A stretch of DNA of 54,256 nt from a virus (Duplodnaviria > Caudoviricetes): IMG/VR virus record IMGVR_UViG_3300030328_001943, positions 1-54,256 of that record. One strand, 5' to 3'. A model generated the notes under the pieces. The model did not search any database and was not told where the DNA came from. It saw only the letters and a program-made list of their open reading frames with translations. Position 1 is the first letter of the stretch. The number at the start of each line of letters is the position of its first letter. Positions 27,356 through 36,659 of the stretch are shown piece after piece. A program made the position numbers and the translations under genes.

Positions 27356-27664
27356 TTATGTAGTTACAGTAACTGATCCTACACTTCCTGTTGCAGATAA
27401 TCCTGTTAAGTAAGTACGGTGGCTGGTTAAATCAATAAATTCAGTACCGTCAAATACTTGCAACACCTCATTAGTGGTATTGAATATAAGCGTACCTCTA
27501 TTAAAATTTAGAGAATCACGTTCAGTAGTTGATAATTGTATTGTATTATCAGGGTCTACTGCTCCCAAGTTTATCTCTAAAATGCGAACAAGTCTATTAA
27601 ATAGTTCAACTGAAACTGTGTCGCCTACAGCTATAGGTAGCTGAGAGGGTAGCAGTTTGCTCAT
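27356..27664 (-). CDS. Small tail-associated protein
   Basis: TTERDSL...GTLIFNTT...LQVFDGT.F fibre-type motif. Confidence 0.6.
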   Translation of the reverse strand: MSKLLPSQLPIAVGDTVSVELFNRLVRILEINLGAVDPDNTIQLSTTERDSLNFNRGTLIFNTTNEVLQVFDGTEFIDLTSHRTYLTGLSATGSVGSVTVTT

Positions 27665-29535
27665 CTTCTACCGTCTTGTTTTACATCCATACGGGTTGCG
27701 CCTAAACGCCACCCTACTGATAGATTGCCGTCATTAGTAGCGTCATCATTTGATTCAAGTCGCAAAACTGCCTGTCTGCCTCGGGCTCTAACGTGTAATT
27801 GATTTGTGTCACTTTTTACTTCGCTAGTAGATTTAGTGGTTAAACTTGAACCATTTGCATTTCTAGTTTTTACAATTAAATTTACTGAGCAATTATTGGA
27901 ATCTTCTATAAATCTTACATCAGGCAATATTCTGCGAATAAATTGGAAATTGTTGCCATCTCCTATATCAAAATCTGAGCTTTCAATAAATACACCAGTC
28001 ATAGGCGAACCATCATCATTAAAACCTATTTCATGTTGAAATAAATAACTGTTAGCAGTAGCTTGAGGAAATGATTCAACACCTGAATCCAGCCAAGCAG
28101 TTCTCACTAACTGACCGTAATACCAAACTTTATCTTGATAGTTATAAATCACATATCTATCTATTTCCGTAGAACTTGCAGACGGATAGAACCAACCTAC
28201 TTCATTTTCTTTGGTGTTTGTAAAAGCATGTATCTTAAAAGATTGACTTTCATTTATATCTGAAAAAACATAATTTAATACATTACAAGGTAACTTTTGA
28301 ACCGTACCGTTATAAATATAAAAATTATCGTAAGACATAAAATATATGCCTTGTGGTGCAGTTATAGCACCTTTTGGTGATATTAAACCTGTAGCTTCGT
28401 TAATAAGGTTTACTGCAAATGTAAATGGTGGGCCAACAAAACGCATACTGTAAACTGAAGTATCAGTAAATATAACAATTTCTTGTCTAGCTTTGACAGC
28501 GCCTATAATTAAAGATCCAGAAGAAAGACGTAAAGATCCAGCAGTATTAGTAATTTTTGGCTCAAAATCTAATTCATTTTCTTGATCACTAAAAGCAATC
28601 AACATAGGATCTATAGTTCCTGTTCTTGCAGTACCGCCTGCATTTAGTGGATCTGCTCCCAAAATAATTAAATGTCTATCAATTTCTGATGTTATAACTT
28701 GTAATCCTTTTGTAGGAACAAGATTGGCTCCTGATCTGCCAGATAAAGAAACGGCTCTTGTTGTTAAACCATCACTTTCTATCCACTCAAAAATACCTGC
28801 ACCCCTGGGATTAATAACTAAATTTTCGCCAAAATTATCGTGTGTCCATAATCTGAGCTGATTTACAGATGATATGCTTGTAGAAGATCCCCAAGTCCCA
28901 TCACCCCAAGAACTTACACCCCAACCAGTAGATGCCACAAAAACATCTAAGCCAGTATTAATTTGATATGCACCTACAACAGAACTACCACCATTACCTG
29001 TATCGCTTGAATTAGCAGTAACTGTTACTCCGCTAGTATTTTTAGCTTCTATAGTATAGCTATTAGCATTTACTATAGTTGCTATTTGATATTCTTGATT
29101 GAGAACTGCAGAGTTTATATTACCGCCAAGACTTGATGCTCCAGAAAATGTAACGAAATCATTCTTAACAGCCCCATGTGCTGTATCAGCTACGGTTATG
29201 GTTGCATCTCCATTTGATGCAGAAAATGTTACATCTCCTGCGCCAGTAGTAAGTCTTATAGGCGTTACATCATTAAAATTATTACCTTCTTTGATGTAAT
29301 ATTTTAAGTTAGTGCCAATTCCTAGATACTTGGCACCATCTAAAGCAATCCAATTATGTAATGCTCTAGATGTTCCCAGATATGTATTTGTGCTTAGTTT
29401 TTCCCATCCACCAAATTTTTCAGGTCTGCCACTGCGAAACCTAATTAAATTACAATCAAACCAACCTCCCTCATTATCGTATTGAGTTCCTTCTCTAACG
29501 ATACCTGGTCTAAATGTAATTTTGTTAATAGGCAT
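27661..29535 (-). CDS. Tail nozzle/stabilisation protein (P22 gp10-like)
   Basis: 624 aa and beta-rich; IRFRSGRPEKFGGW, AFSDQEN and C-terminal DGRR; precedes the ejection genes. Confidence 0.65.
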   Translation of the reverse strand: MPINKITFRPGIVREGTQYDNEGGWFDCNLIRFRSGRPEKFGGWEKLSTNTYLGTSRALHNWIALDGAKYLGIGTNLKYYIKEGNNFNDVTPIRLTTGAGDVTFSASNGDATITVADTAHGAVKNDFVTFSGASSLGGNINSAVLNQEYQIATIVNANSYTIEAKNTSGVTVTANSSDTGNGGSSVVGAYQINTGLDVFVASTGWGVSSWGDGTWGSSTSISSVNQLRLWTHDNFGENLVINPRGAGIFEWIESDGLTTRAVSLSGRSGANLVPTKGLQVITSEIDRHLIILGADPLNAGGTARTGTIDPMLIAFSDQENELDFEPKITNTAGSLRLSSGSLIIGAVKARQEIVIFTDTSVYSMRFVGPPFTFAVNLINEATGLISPKGAITAPQGIYFMSYDNFYIYNGTVQKLPCNVLNYVFSDINESQSFKIHAFTNTKENEVGWFYPSASSTEIDRYVIYNYQDKVWYYGQLVRTAWLDSGVESFPQATANSYLFQHEIGFNDDGSPMTGVFIESSDFDIGDGNNFQFIRRILPDVRFIEDSNNCSVNLIVKTRNANGSSLTTKSTSEVKSDTNQLHVRARGRQAVLRLESNDDATNDGNLSVGWRLGATRMDVKQDGRR

Positions 29536-29979
29536 CTATACTTCTGTCCAATCCTTGCCTTCAAACAATAAAGCTTCTGCTTCTCGTCTACGAATAAGAC
29601 CATCGTTTATAACGCCACTTACTTTGTTCCAACGCTTTAGTTGATTAGGCACTTCTTCGTAATCTTTTTCATTTAAAACTTTTAACATAGTGCTTTCATG
29701 CAGATTGGTTGAGCCTAGATTATATGTCCAAGAAACTAAAGCATCGAACTGACATTGTTCTAAATTCACTTTAATTGCTTTTTCTACATATTCGCAGTAT
29801 TCATCTAATTCATTAAGCAACATATTGTCTGCTTGTTCTTTGGATATAGTCATACCTTCTCTAACATTTTTTGTATGTCCATATCCTATTGTCCAAACTC
29901 CTGCTGGACATTTATAAGCCTCTAATTCGCAACCTTCAAATTTTTTAATTAATGATAAGCCTTCGTTTGATATATTCAT
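29536..29979 (-). CDS. Endolysin, GH24 lysozyme
   Basis: IKKFEGC.LEAYKCPAGVWTIGYGHT and GLIRRREAE motifs; start at ATG 29979. Confidence 0.93.
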   Translation of the reverse strand: MNISNEGLSLIKKFEGCELEAYKCPAGVWTIGYGHTKNVREGMTISKEQADNMLLNELDEYCEYVEKAIKVNLEQCQFDALVSWTYNLGSTNLHESTMLKVLNEKDYEEVPNQLKRWNKVSGVINDGLIRRREAEALLFEGKDWTEV

Positions 29980-29980
29980 T

Positions 29981-30361
29981 TTAATAATCCCCCCAAACTT
30001 TTGTTTTTTTACCACCCCAGTATTCAACTGCATGGCCTTCGTTAATAAGCATTTGGCAAATGTCATCATTATTTTCTGTGTAAGGAATCGCAAGTATTCT
30101 GCCATATTTACCTTTGCCCAATGATTTAATTGTTATAGATCCTGCACATAACTCAATTAACCTGTCTTTAGCCGCTAACCCAAGTTTTTTTTCTGCTAAA
30201 TCTCGGGTCCTTGACTCAGGGGTGTCTATGCCTGCCAACCTGCAGCGTTGTTTATGCAAACGAACATCAAATCCTAAGTCAAGGGTAACATCAATAGTAT
30301 CGCCATCAACCACTCTTTCAACGGTTGCTTTGTATACATATGGTTCTGGTTTACTGCTCAT
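29981..30361 (-). CDS. Thermonuclease (SNase-like)
   Basis: RVVDGDTID, RLAGIDTPE and KYGRILA motifs. Confidence 0.92.
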   Translation of the reverse strand: MSSKPEPYVYKATVERVVDGDTIDVTLDLGFDVRLHKQRCRLAGIDTPESRTRDLAEKKLGLAAKDRLIELCAGSITIKSLGKGKYGRILAIPYTENNDDICQMLINEGHAVEYWGGKKTKVWGDY

Positions 30362-30734
30362 CTTTATTAGTAGTTACCTTTCTATAATACACAACCACGT
30401 CTTTTAGTTCTGTAATATATCTTTTTATCTCTTGCATATTGTAAGCCATAACTTCGTAATCAGGAATTGTCATAGCTAGAAAGACCAACTCGCCTTCTTG
30501 TTTTTCTATTCTTTCAAGCTGTTCTTCCCAATTTTCAGGCGTTACTGTAATCCACTGCAATTCTTTAAGATCTATTTCTCTAGGCATAATAGGTTGTACT
30601 ATTTGCCTTTCAATAGGTTTAGCAGAGACTTGTATCTGTTTAGTTGGCAGTAGGCTGCAACTGCAAGCCATTATCAAGACTATCAACAGTGGTGCTGATT
30701 TTCTCAATATCTTCCATAATGTGTTTTGTACCAT
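30351..30734 (-). CDS. Outer-membrane spanin (lipoprotein; start probably near 30707)
   Basis: Signal peptide with lipobox-like IMACSC; overlaps the 3' end of the i-spanin in another frame. Confidence 0.7.
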   Translation of the reverse strand: MVQNTLWKILRKSAPLLIVLIMACSCSLLPTKQIQVSAKPIERQIVQPIMPREIDLKELQWITVTPENWEEQLERIEKQEGELVFLAMTIPDYEVMAYNMQEIKRYITELKDVVVYYRKVTTNKDEQ

Positions 30735-31035
30735 TATTTATTTTCCTTTCCATTTCAACTGGGTCAGCCAATATTTTTGAGGCTAACTCATAATTTTGTA
30801 TAAACTGTGTATATCTATTTAATTCTCTTTGGGCTATTTGACTTTTAACACTTAAGTCTTGGAGTTGTTTAGTTTGCAATTCAAAATCTGCCTGCAAGCT
30901 TTTTATGGTTTCTTCTTGCGTAGATACAGCGCCCTCTAAAACAGCATTATTAGTTTGCAGTATTTGGTTTTGGCTATACAAGTAGTAAGAAAGTGCAAGC
31001 AAAACTAAAACTATACCCATTAAAACCTTACTCAT
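30640..31035 (-). CDS. Inner-membrane spanin
   Basis: N-terminal TM segment followed by a long coiled coil; start at ATG 31035. Confidence 0.7.
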   Translation of the reverse strand: MSKVLMGIVLVLLALSYYLYSQNQILQTNNAVLEGAVSTQEETIKSLQADFELQTKQLQDLSVKSQIAQRELNRYTQFIQNYELASKILADPVEMERKINNGTKHIMEDIEKISTTVDSLDNGLQLQPTAN

Positions 31036-31234
31036 TATCCATACACCAATTCCAAGCATCGTGATCCTGGTATAAAAATGCCTGGCATTTTTTATATTTT
31101 TCTCGCCATTTATCAGAGTCAAACTTATCGTTCCACTCTAGGCTAGAGTTTTCTGCTATGGGTATAAATTTAGATGGAGTTGAACAACTTATTAAAAAGA
31201 TGCTTGTTAATCCTGCAAGCAATACTTTAGACAT
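31028..31234 (-). CDS. Small lipoprotein
   Basis: MSKVLLAGLTSIFLISC lipobox; two further Cys residues. Confidence 0.65.
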   Translation of the reverse strand: MSKVLLAGLTSIFLISCSTPSKFIPIAENSSLEWNDKFDSDKWREKYKKCQAFLYQDHDAWNWCMDNE

Positions 31235-31241
31235 GCACATG

Positions 31242-31418
31242 TTAATGTAATATTTTTTCTTTTTCATTTTCTGTAATTACTATGTCGGTAAGCTCTCCAA
31301 GAACAATATAACCGTTTACTTCTGCAACTGTTTCAGCTTCCTTTATATTATTTGCATGTATATTCGGGCCTTCGTATTCTTTTTCATCATGTGTAAATTT
31401 AGTAATAAAAATTTTCAC
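31242..31418 (-). CDS. Small hypothetical protein (58 aa), paralog of 53615-53812
   Basis: Manual translation from GTG: MKIFITKFTHDEKEYEGPNIHANNIKEAETVAEVNGYIVLGELTDIVITENEKEKILH. Confidence 0.7.
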   Translation of the reverse strand: MKIFITKFTHDEKEYEGPNIHANNIKEAETVAEVNGYIVLGELTDIVITENEKEKILH

Positions 31419-31420
31419 TT

Positions 31421-31768
31421 TTACCCTGCTAGTGGATTTTTATTATCATCTTTAATTTCTTCTATTTGCTTATCAAGACTTTCTAAATCAGCTTTGATGG
31501 TTGCTATGTCAGTTTTTATGTCTGTGACATCAGGCACATCAATACCATCTATCTCTTTTTCTAAAAATTGTACTGATGTTTCTATAGATGCAAAGCGTTC
31601 TTCAATAACTTGTACGTTATCTTCTGCTTCGCTTATACCGCCAATCTTAGCCTCCAGGTTTTCTAATCTATTGACATACTCAGCTCCTTGATAACCAAAG
31701 CCAGCAAGTGTGCCAACGATACCTACAAGTGCAATTATTTGTGTTGTTTTATTTTGTAACCAGTCCAT
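31421..31768 (-). CDS. Membrane-anchored coiled-coil protein
   Basis: TM segment IIALVGIVGTLAGFGY, heptad repeats, C-terminal NPLAG. Confidence 0.75.
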   Translation of the reverse strand: MDWLQNKTTQIIALVGIVGTLAGFGYQGAEYVNRLENLEAKIGGISEAEDNVQVIEERFASIETSVQFLEKEIDGIDVPDVTDIKTDIATIKADLESLDKQIEEIKDDNKNPLAG

Positions 31769-31769
31769 A

Positions 31770-33995
31770 TTACCTCCATATTTCAGGTTGATTTTGCATC
31801 ATGCTTTGTAAATTATTTATATTTGTACTCGCATAATTATAAAAAGCGTTTATGTTGTCATCTAGTGTAGCAGAGGTGTATATATCTTGAGAAGTGTACC
31901 AACTAGGACTATCAGGAATAGTAGTTTGCGTATATGAGTTAAATTGTGGTACATATCCTATCAAAGCAACCAAACTTGACTCATCACTATACTCACCTGT
32001 GGCTTGTTGTTCCTCTTGCATTTCTTCTTGTTGGGCCTCTATATTTTGGGCGATAATTTTGTCTGCTATTTGATCAGCCTCTGATTGCGTCATTACACCA
32101 CCAATAGCAGTATCTATTTCACCTTGCACGTTTTGAACTTGCACATCAGCCATTACTACCTCTGTACCGCCATCAACAGTATTCATAGGCGTGATACTAA
32201 CCGTTACAGATCCACCAACATCTCCGCTCATAGATAAAACTTGGTTGTTTTGGGCTGTAGCACTAGCATATTGATCTGAAATACTAGGCGAACTAGATGT
32301 GCTGATACCCCCACCAGATCCAGAACTAGATGTTTGATTAGCTACGGTAGAGCTGACATTTGCATTAGAACTTGATTGGGTGCTAGTAGAACCATAGTTC
32401 ACGCTGCTTGAGGCTGCGTTTAAGGCGTTTTTAATAACATTAAGTGCAACAACCCTATTTTTGTTTTTACCTGTAGGCTCATCACTCTCAATAACTTCTA
32501 GATCTTCTATTATTTCTTCTTGCTGTTCTTCTTCAACCTCTGCCAATCTTTCTTGTTCTAGTTCTTCAAAAACTTCTTCTAGTTCTTCAAAGACTTCTTC
32601 AACCGCCTCTTCTTCAAATATCTCTTCTATAAACTCTTCTTCAGGCTCATCTCTTTCAACAATTCTTTCTTCTCTAATCTCTTCTCTTATATCTCTAGTT
32701 TCTTCTTCAAACCAATCATCAAGTTCTTCTATAGTATTGATGGCTAAAAAACTTTCAGGCTCTGTAAAATCTTCTACAAATAAAGTTTCTTGTAGGACAA
32801 ACTGTTCTAACAGCACATCTTCTTGGTGTAGTGGATCTTCATGCCTAGGTCTAAAATCATCTATAAATGGCAAAGGTTCTGGATCAAAAAAAATAATAAA
32901 CTCATCTCCTTCAGGTTCACCAAAAAAATCCTCAAAGTCATCATGACCAAACTCTTCAAAAGGCGGAAACATCTCCTCTTCAAAAATATCTATAACTATA
33001 AACGGCTCCTCTTCATGATGATGCGGGCCATCATCTATAAATATACCTGTGGCAAATTGCTCTTGCTCATCTTCAAAACCAAAGTCAACATTACTGTCAT
33101 CAAAGAAAGCTACTGATTCTTCTTGTCTAAAACCAGGGCAAAAAGACGCGTATTGAGGATCTTCGTCACATTGTTGGTCATCATAAGCAGACCAATAACT
33201 AGGACATGATTCACTATAAAGCTGACTTATATTACATTGTTGTGTTAATAAAGCATCAGCATAACCGCTACAGCTAGAATTATTTAATGGATTGCTACAA
33301 TCAATACCATTACCTGCACCAGATCCATACAAAGAACCACCGTTCTCTAATGTGGTGTTGATAGCTGTATTGTTCCAGTTAGTGTTTACGCAAGTAGAAG
33401 AGTTGGTTGTGCCAGTAGAACACTCATCATGATGATAATAAGTGTATGAATTGCTTTTATTAGAACCTACTTCGCCAATTAACACATCATGGTTAATAAT
33501 ATTTAATTCTCTGTAGCGAATATCAAAAGAATTATTGTTCCAAAGTATGACTTCAAAGCTGTTGTCTGTATTTGAACGATTGTATTCCCTAAGACGATAC
33601 CATCCAAAAATCATCTTTGAACTATCGCCCCAAGACTTCATGCGAGAGTTACTATCTCTTATGAGATCAGTCCAGAAAGGGTAAATGGTATAAGTGTGCT
33701 GTCCGTTAATAGGGTCAGGAGTATAGTCGTTGCAATAGCTGCCGCTATTACCAAAATGTAAACAGCCGTTGGTAGCCATTCTTGCCTGTGAAAACGTAGA
33801 GCCGTAAAAAGTAAAGTTAAAAGAAAGATCAATTGCAGGTGAAATACCGTCATCAACTACCTCGTATGCTAATTCACCTTGAAAATTATTAGCGTTATCA
33901 TGTAAGTCAAATAACGGTTGATTGGCTTCGTATGTGTATTGGCCTGGCAGATTCCAGGATAGAAGGATTAACCCCCATATAATTCTTTTTTGCAT
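31770..33995 (-). CDS. Exported multidomain protein (NIDO-like domain, Cys-rich repeats, Glu-rich stalk)
   Basis: Signal-peptide-like N-terminus; DD.....DLSFNFTFYG......ATNG..F and IYPFWTDL; C-x-x-x-P/L-x-x-x-x-C repeats. Confidence 0.7.
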   Translation of the reverse strand: MQKRIIWGLILLSWNLPGQYTYEANQPLFDLHDNANNFQGELAYEVVDDGISPAIDLSFNFTFYGSTFSQARMATNGCLHFGNSGSYCNDYTPDPINGQHTYTIYPFWTDLIRDSNSRMKSWGDSSKMIFGWYRLREYNRSNTDNSFEVILWNNNSFDIRYRELNIINHDVLIGEVGSNKSNSYTYYHHDECSTGTTNSSTCVNTNWNNTAINTTLENGGSLYGSGAGNGIDCSNPLNNSSCSGYADALLTQQCNISQLYSESCPSYWSAYDDQQCDEDPQYASFCPGFRQEESVAFFDDSNVDFGFEDEQEQFATGIFIDDGPHHHEEEPFIVIDIFEEEMFPPFEEFGHDDFEDFFGEPEGDEFIIFFDPEPLPFIDDFRPRHEDPLHQEDVLLEQFVLQETLFVEDFTEPESFLAINTIEELDDWFEEETRDIREEIREERIVERDEPEEEFIEEIFEEEAVEEVFEELEEVFEELEQERLAEVEEEQQEEIIEDLEVIESDEPTGKNKNRVVALNVIKNALNAASSSVNYGSTSTQSSSNANVSSTVANQTSSSGSGGGISTSSSPSISDQYASATAQNNQVLSMSGDVGGSVTVSITPMNTVDGGTEVVMADVQVQNVQGEIDTAIGGVMTQSEADQIADKIIAQNIEAQQEEMQEEQQATGEYSDESSLVALIGYVPQFNSYTQTTIPDSPSWYTSQDIYTSATLDDNINAFYNYASTNINNLQSMMQNQPEIWR

Positions 33996-35092
33996 TGTTT
34001 TTTAGATTTTGTTTTGCTTACAACCACTCTACTAACTAGACCTGCAACATCATTTTGTATTCTATCTCTTTTAGGGTTATGTTCTTGACTACACTTTGCA
34101 ACAAACTCTTTTTCAATATCTTTTTTATCGGGTCTTTTAGAAGGATTAGCTAACCATAATTTTTTTGCTTCTTCTCCTATCTTGCCTTCATATGGAGCAG
34201 GTGTGCCTGCTTGCCACATAGCTTTAAACACTCTTTCGTCTTGAGCTAACAAAGATATTGCAGCTACTTTCATTCCCATATCATATAAATATTTAGATAA
34301 TTTAAGTCTTTCACAATTCATATCTCTTACAGACTTACCACCAGATAAACCAAATACTTGACCTTGAAAAGCTCCACTTAGCCCAGTAGTACATAAATCC
34401 TGTGAATAACTCATTATAGATGGGGCAATAGCACTAGCTGGTGGTGCTTCAGACTTTACATTTTGATTAATTGTCTGAACTGATTTTGATTCATTAATAT
34501 TTCTATTGGTGTTATCAGATTTAGTGTTGTTGTTATTCTGATTAACATTATTAGTCTGCACGTTTGATTGCGAAGTAGATTCATTAATATTTCTATTTGT
34601 ATTGTCAGACGTGCTAGTTGATGTATTTACATTCGTATTATTGACAGTTTGATTTACTGTTGAATTTACATTACTGGTTGAAGTAGATGTGTTTATATTT
34701 GTATTAGTATTATTTGATGTGCTAGTAGCGGTCGAAGTATTTACATTTGTATTTACATTTGTGTTTTGATTTGTATTTACATTTGTATTGGTCGAAGTAT
34801 TGTTATTAGTCGATACGTTAGTATTTGTTGAAACATTAGTATTGCTTGTAGTCGTATTATTGGTATTAGTGTTTGTGTTAGTGTTCGTATTGGTATTATT
34901 TGTGGTGGTTTGATTTGTTGTATAAACATTAGAATTTTCACAATATTGTGTGCCGTTTACGCAAGCTGTACCAGATTGTTGAGAAGATTGGGCGTTTACT
35001 TTAATAGAAATACCTGCAACTAATGTTATACAAAACATTAATGCTGCCCAAACAAGCATATTATCATGCTTTCTTTGGTCATCATTCTTCAT
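33968..35092 (-). CDS. Exported protein with Asn/Thr repeats and a Cys-containing C-terminal domain
   Basis: Signal peptide ending VNA-Q; about 150 aa N/T-rich region; SAIAPS...DLC..G.SG...NCERLKLSK domain. Confidence 0.75.
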   Translation of the reverse strand: MKNDDQRKHDNMLVWAALMFCITLVAGISIKVNAQSSQQSGTACVNGTQYCENSNVYTTNQTTTNNTNTNTNTNTNTNNTTTSNTNVSTNTNVSTNNNTSTNTNVNTNQNTNVNTNVNTSTATSTSNNTNTNINTSTSTSNVNSTVNQTVNNTNVNTSTSTSDNTNRNINESTSQSNVQTNNVNQNNNNTKSDNTNRNINESKSVQTINQNVKSEAPPASAIAPSIMSYSQDLCTTGLSGAFQGQVFGLSGGKSVRDMNCERLKLSKYLYDMGMKVAAISLLAQDERVFKAMWQAGTPAPYEGKIGEEAKKLWLANPSKRPDKKDIEKEFVAKCSQEHNPKRDRIQNDVAGLVSRVVVSKTKSKKQCKKELYGG

Positions 35093-35475
35093 TAATCTTC
35101 GCCTTTAAATTGTTTACTGCTCCCTGTTGTTCCTGCATATAAACCAAACCAAGCAGCACCAGCTCCCACAACAATAGATATTAGGCCAGACTGCTCAAAT
35201 GTAGGTTCTGGCAGTTCCATAAACCAAATAGTGCATTTATACAATAAAACTATGTAAACGGTAAGAAAGGCTCTTGGAAATATTCTCCAAGAGTCAACTG
35301 CTTTTGCTAGATGAATCCATTTTTGATGGGGGTTTTTGGTTGTATCATCTTCAAGATCTCTAATTTTATCTTTCAATTGAGATATTTCTTCAATCATAGC
35401 CATAAATTTATTGAGATCCATCTCAACTTCATTACGGTCCATATCACCAGAAAATGTGCTTCTATGTTCGTTCAT
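35092..35475 (-). CDS. Holin-like protein with two TM segments
   Basis: DSWRIFPR, then TM1 and TM2 SGLISIVVGAGAAWFGLY. Confidence 0.65.
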   Translation of the reverse strand: MNEHRSTFSGDMDRNEVEMDLNKFMAMIEEISQLKDKIRDLEDDTTKNPHQKWIHLAKAVDSWRIFPRAFLTVYIVLLYKCTIWFMELPEPTFEQSGLISIVVGAGAAWFGLYAGTTGSSKQFKGED

Positions 35476-35657
35476 TATAAAAATTTAGCTAAAACTACAC
35501 TAATTACGATAAATGGGTAAACGCCCCATATCATATTTTCAAGCTTATCAAATCTTTTAGATCCTGATTCAAGACGTTCCTCTATATTTTTGTATCTTTG
35601 AGCACATTCTTTTTCATGTATCTCAATTTTATGTAAAGGATCGTCATAAATATTCAC
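35475..35657 (-). CDS. Coiled-coil protein with a C-terminal TM (lysis-associated)
   Basis: HEKECAQRY..I..RL...F..LE followed by a TM; GTG start at 35657. Confidence 0.65.
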   Translation of the reverse strand: MNIYDDPLHKIEIHEKECAQRYKNIEERLESGSKRFDKLENMIWGVYPFIVISVVLAKFL

Positions 35658-35658
35658 T

Positions 35659-35901
35659 TTATTTTTTACGCTTTTTTTTCTTTTTTTTAACTTTAACAGT
35701 TGTATAAGCTTCATTTATATCTTGAGTAGATGGGTCGTCTGCAACGTATCTACCTTTTTTATTTCTTGCTCTTACTAATTCTGTTTCTTCTACTATTTCT
35801 TTTACTACGGGCTCTGCTTTCTTTACTTCTTTTAGAGGATTAGGAAGCTCGTCTGATGGCAAGGGCTTAAAGAAATTAATTACCTTTTTCCACCAACTCA
35901 T
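35659..35901 (-). CDS. Hypothetical protein
   Basis: Amphipathic N-terminus, RARNKKGRYVADDPST..NEA motif, poly-Lys tail. Confidence 0.7.
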   Translation of the reverse strand: MSWWKKVINFFKPLPSDELPNPLKEVKKAEPVVKEIVEETELVRARNKKGRYVADDPSTQDINEAYTTVKVKKKKKKRKK

Positions 35902-36065
35902 TTGTCTTTTGCTTTGCCTACATTAATTGCACACCAGTCAATAAGCCAATATACCTTTGCAAGCATTTGATTGTCCTTTGGTGTGGGTGTTAAAGCACAA
36001 ATAAGTGAGGCGCCTGATATTACCCAAGGTGCTAACTGTATTAATTTAAAAGTTAAATCTAACAT
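35898..36065 (-). CDS. Small holin-like membrane protein (55 aa)
   Basis: Manual translation MLDLTFKLIQLAPWVISGASLICALTPTPKDNQMLAKVYWLIDWCAINVGKAKDK; AGGAG RBS. Confidence 0.7.
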   Translation of the reverse strand: MLDLTFKLIQLAPWVISGASLICALTPTPKDNQMLAKVYWLIDWCAINVGKAKDK

Positions 36066-36074
36066 ATTTTACTC

Positions 36075-36644
36075 CTATGAAGTTGGTTCTGTTGGCCACT
36101 CACCAAGCGGTCTAACTGGTGGGTTGGCATTATTGTAAACATATAGTGCGGCTAGAGCATCTACATCTGAGACTGCATTTATTTTTGTTTTCATGTCAGT
36201 TGCCGCTGTTCTTACTGCTACTCTATAGTCTAACCAATCTGAAGGTATGGCTTTAGAACTTTCTGCATTTCTAACCACCATCCAATCATTAGGTTGTAGT
36301 AAACTATAAGCTTGATTATCTATTGTTTTTAAATGTTGATATTTCAAACCTCTAACTAAAGTATCGCCTGAACCTGAATCATCTAAAGGCATGGCTTTAG
36401 CTGTGCCATAGGTGGCTGTAACTTTATTACTAGCAAATTTAAAACTTTGATCTGTATTATTATAGTATGCTGGGTCTTTATAATTCGTGTTATCTATGAC
36501 CACCTCATAAACACCTATAGCTTCTAGCTCAGAGCTAGTCCACATACTAAAAATATTACTAGGATAATTTACATCTCCTAGTGTTATTGCTTTTGGTCGG
36601 TTATAGACCTTACTTACTTTACTATCTTCTACTAATGCCCACAT
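36075..36644 (-). CDS. Tail fibre assembly/chaperone-like protein
   Basis: LL..NDWMVVR...W.DYR.AVR...WP..P motif; follows the fibre genes. Confidence 0.7.
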   Translation of the reverse strand: MWALVEDSKVSKVYNRPKAITLGDVNYPSNIFSMWTSSELEAIGVYEVVIDNTNYKDPAYYNNTDQSFKFASNKVTATYGTAKAMPLDDSGSGDTLVRGLKYQHLKTIDNQAYSLLQPNDWMVVRNAESSKAIPSDWLDYRVAVRTAATDMKTKINAVSDVDALAALYVYNNANPPVRPLGEWPTEPTS

Positions 36645-36659
36645 ATTATTATCTTACCT

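Noticed and set aside
32500-33070. (TCT)n-like DNA repeat
   Set aside because: Explained by the Glu-rich coding sequence on the minus strand
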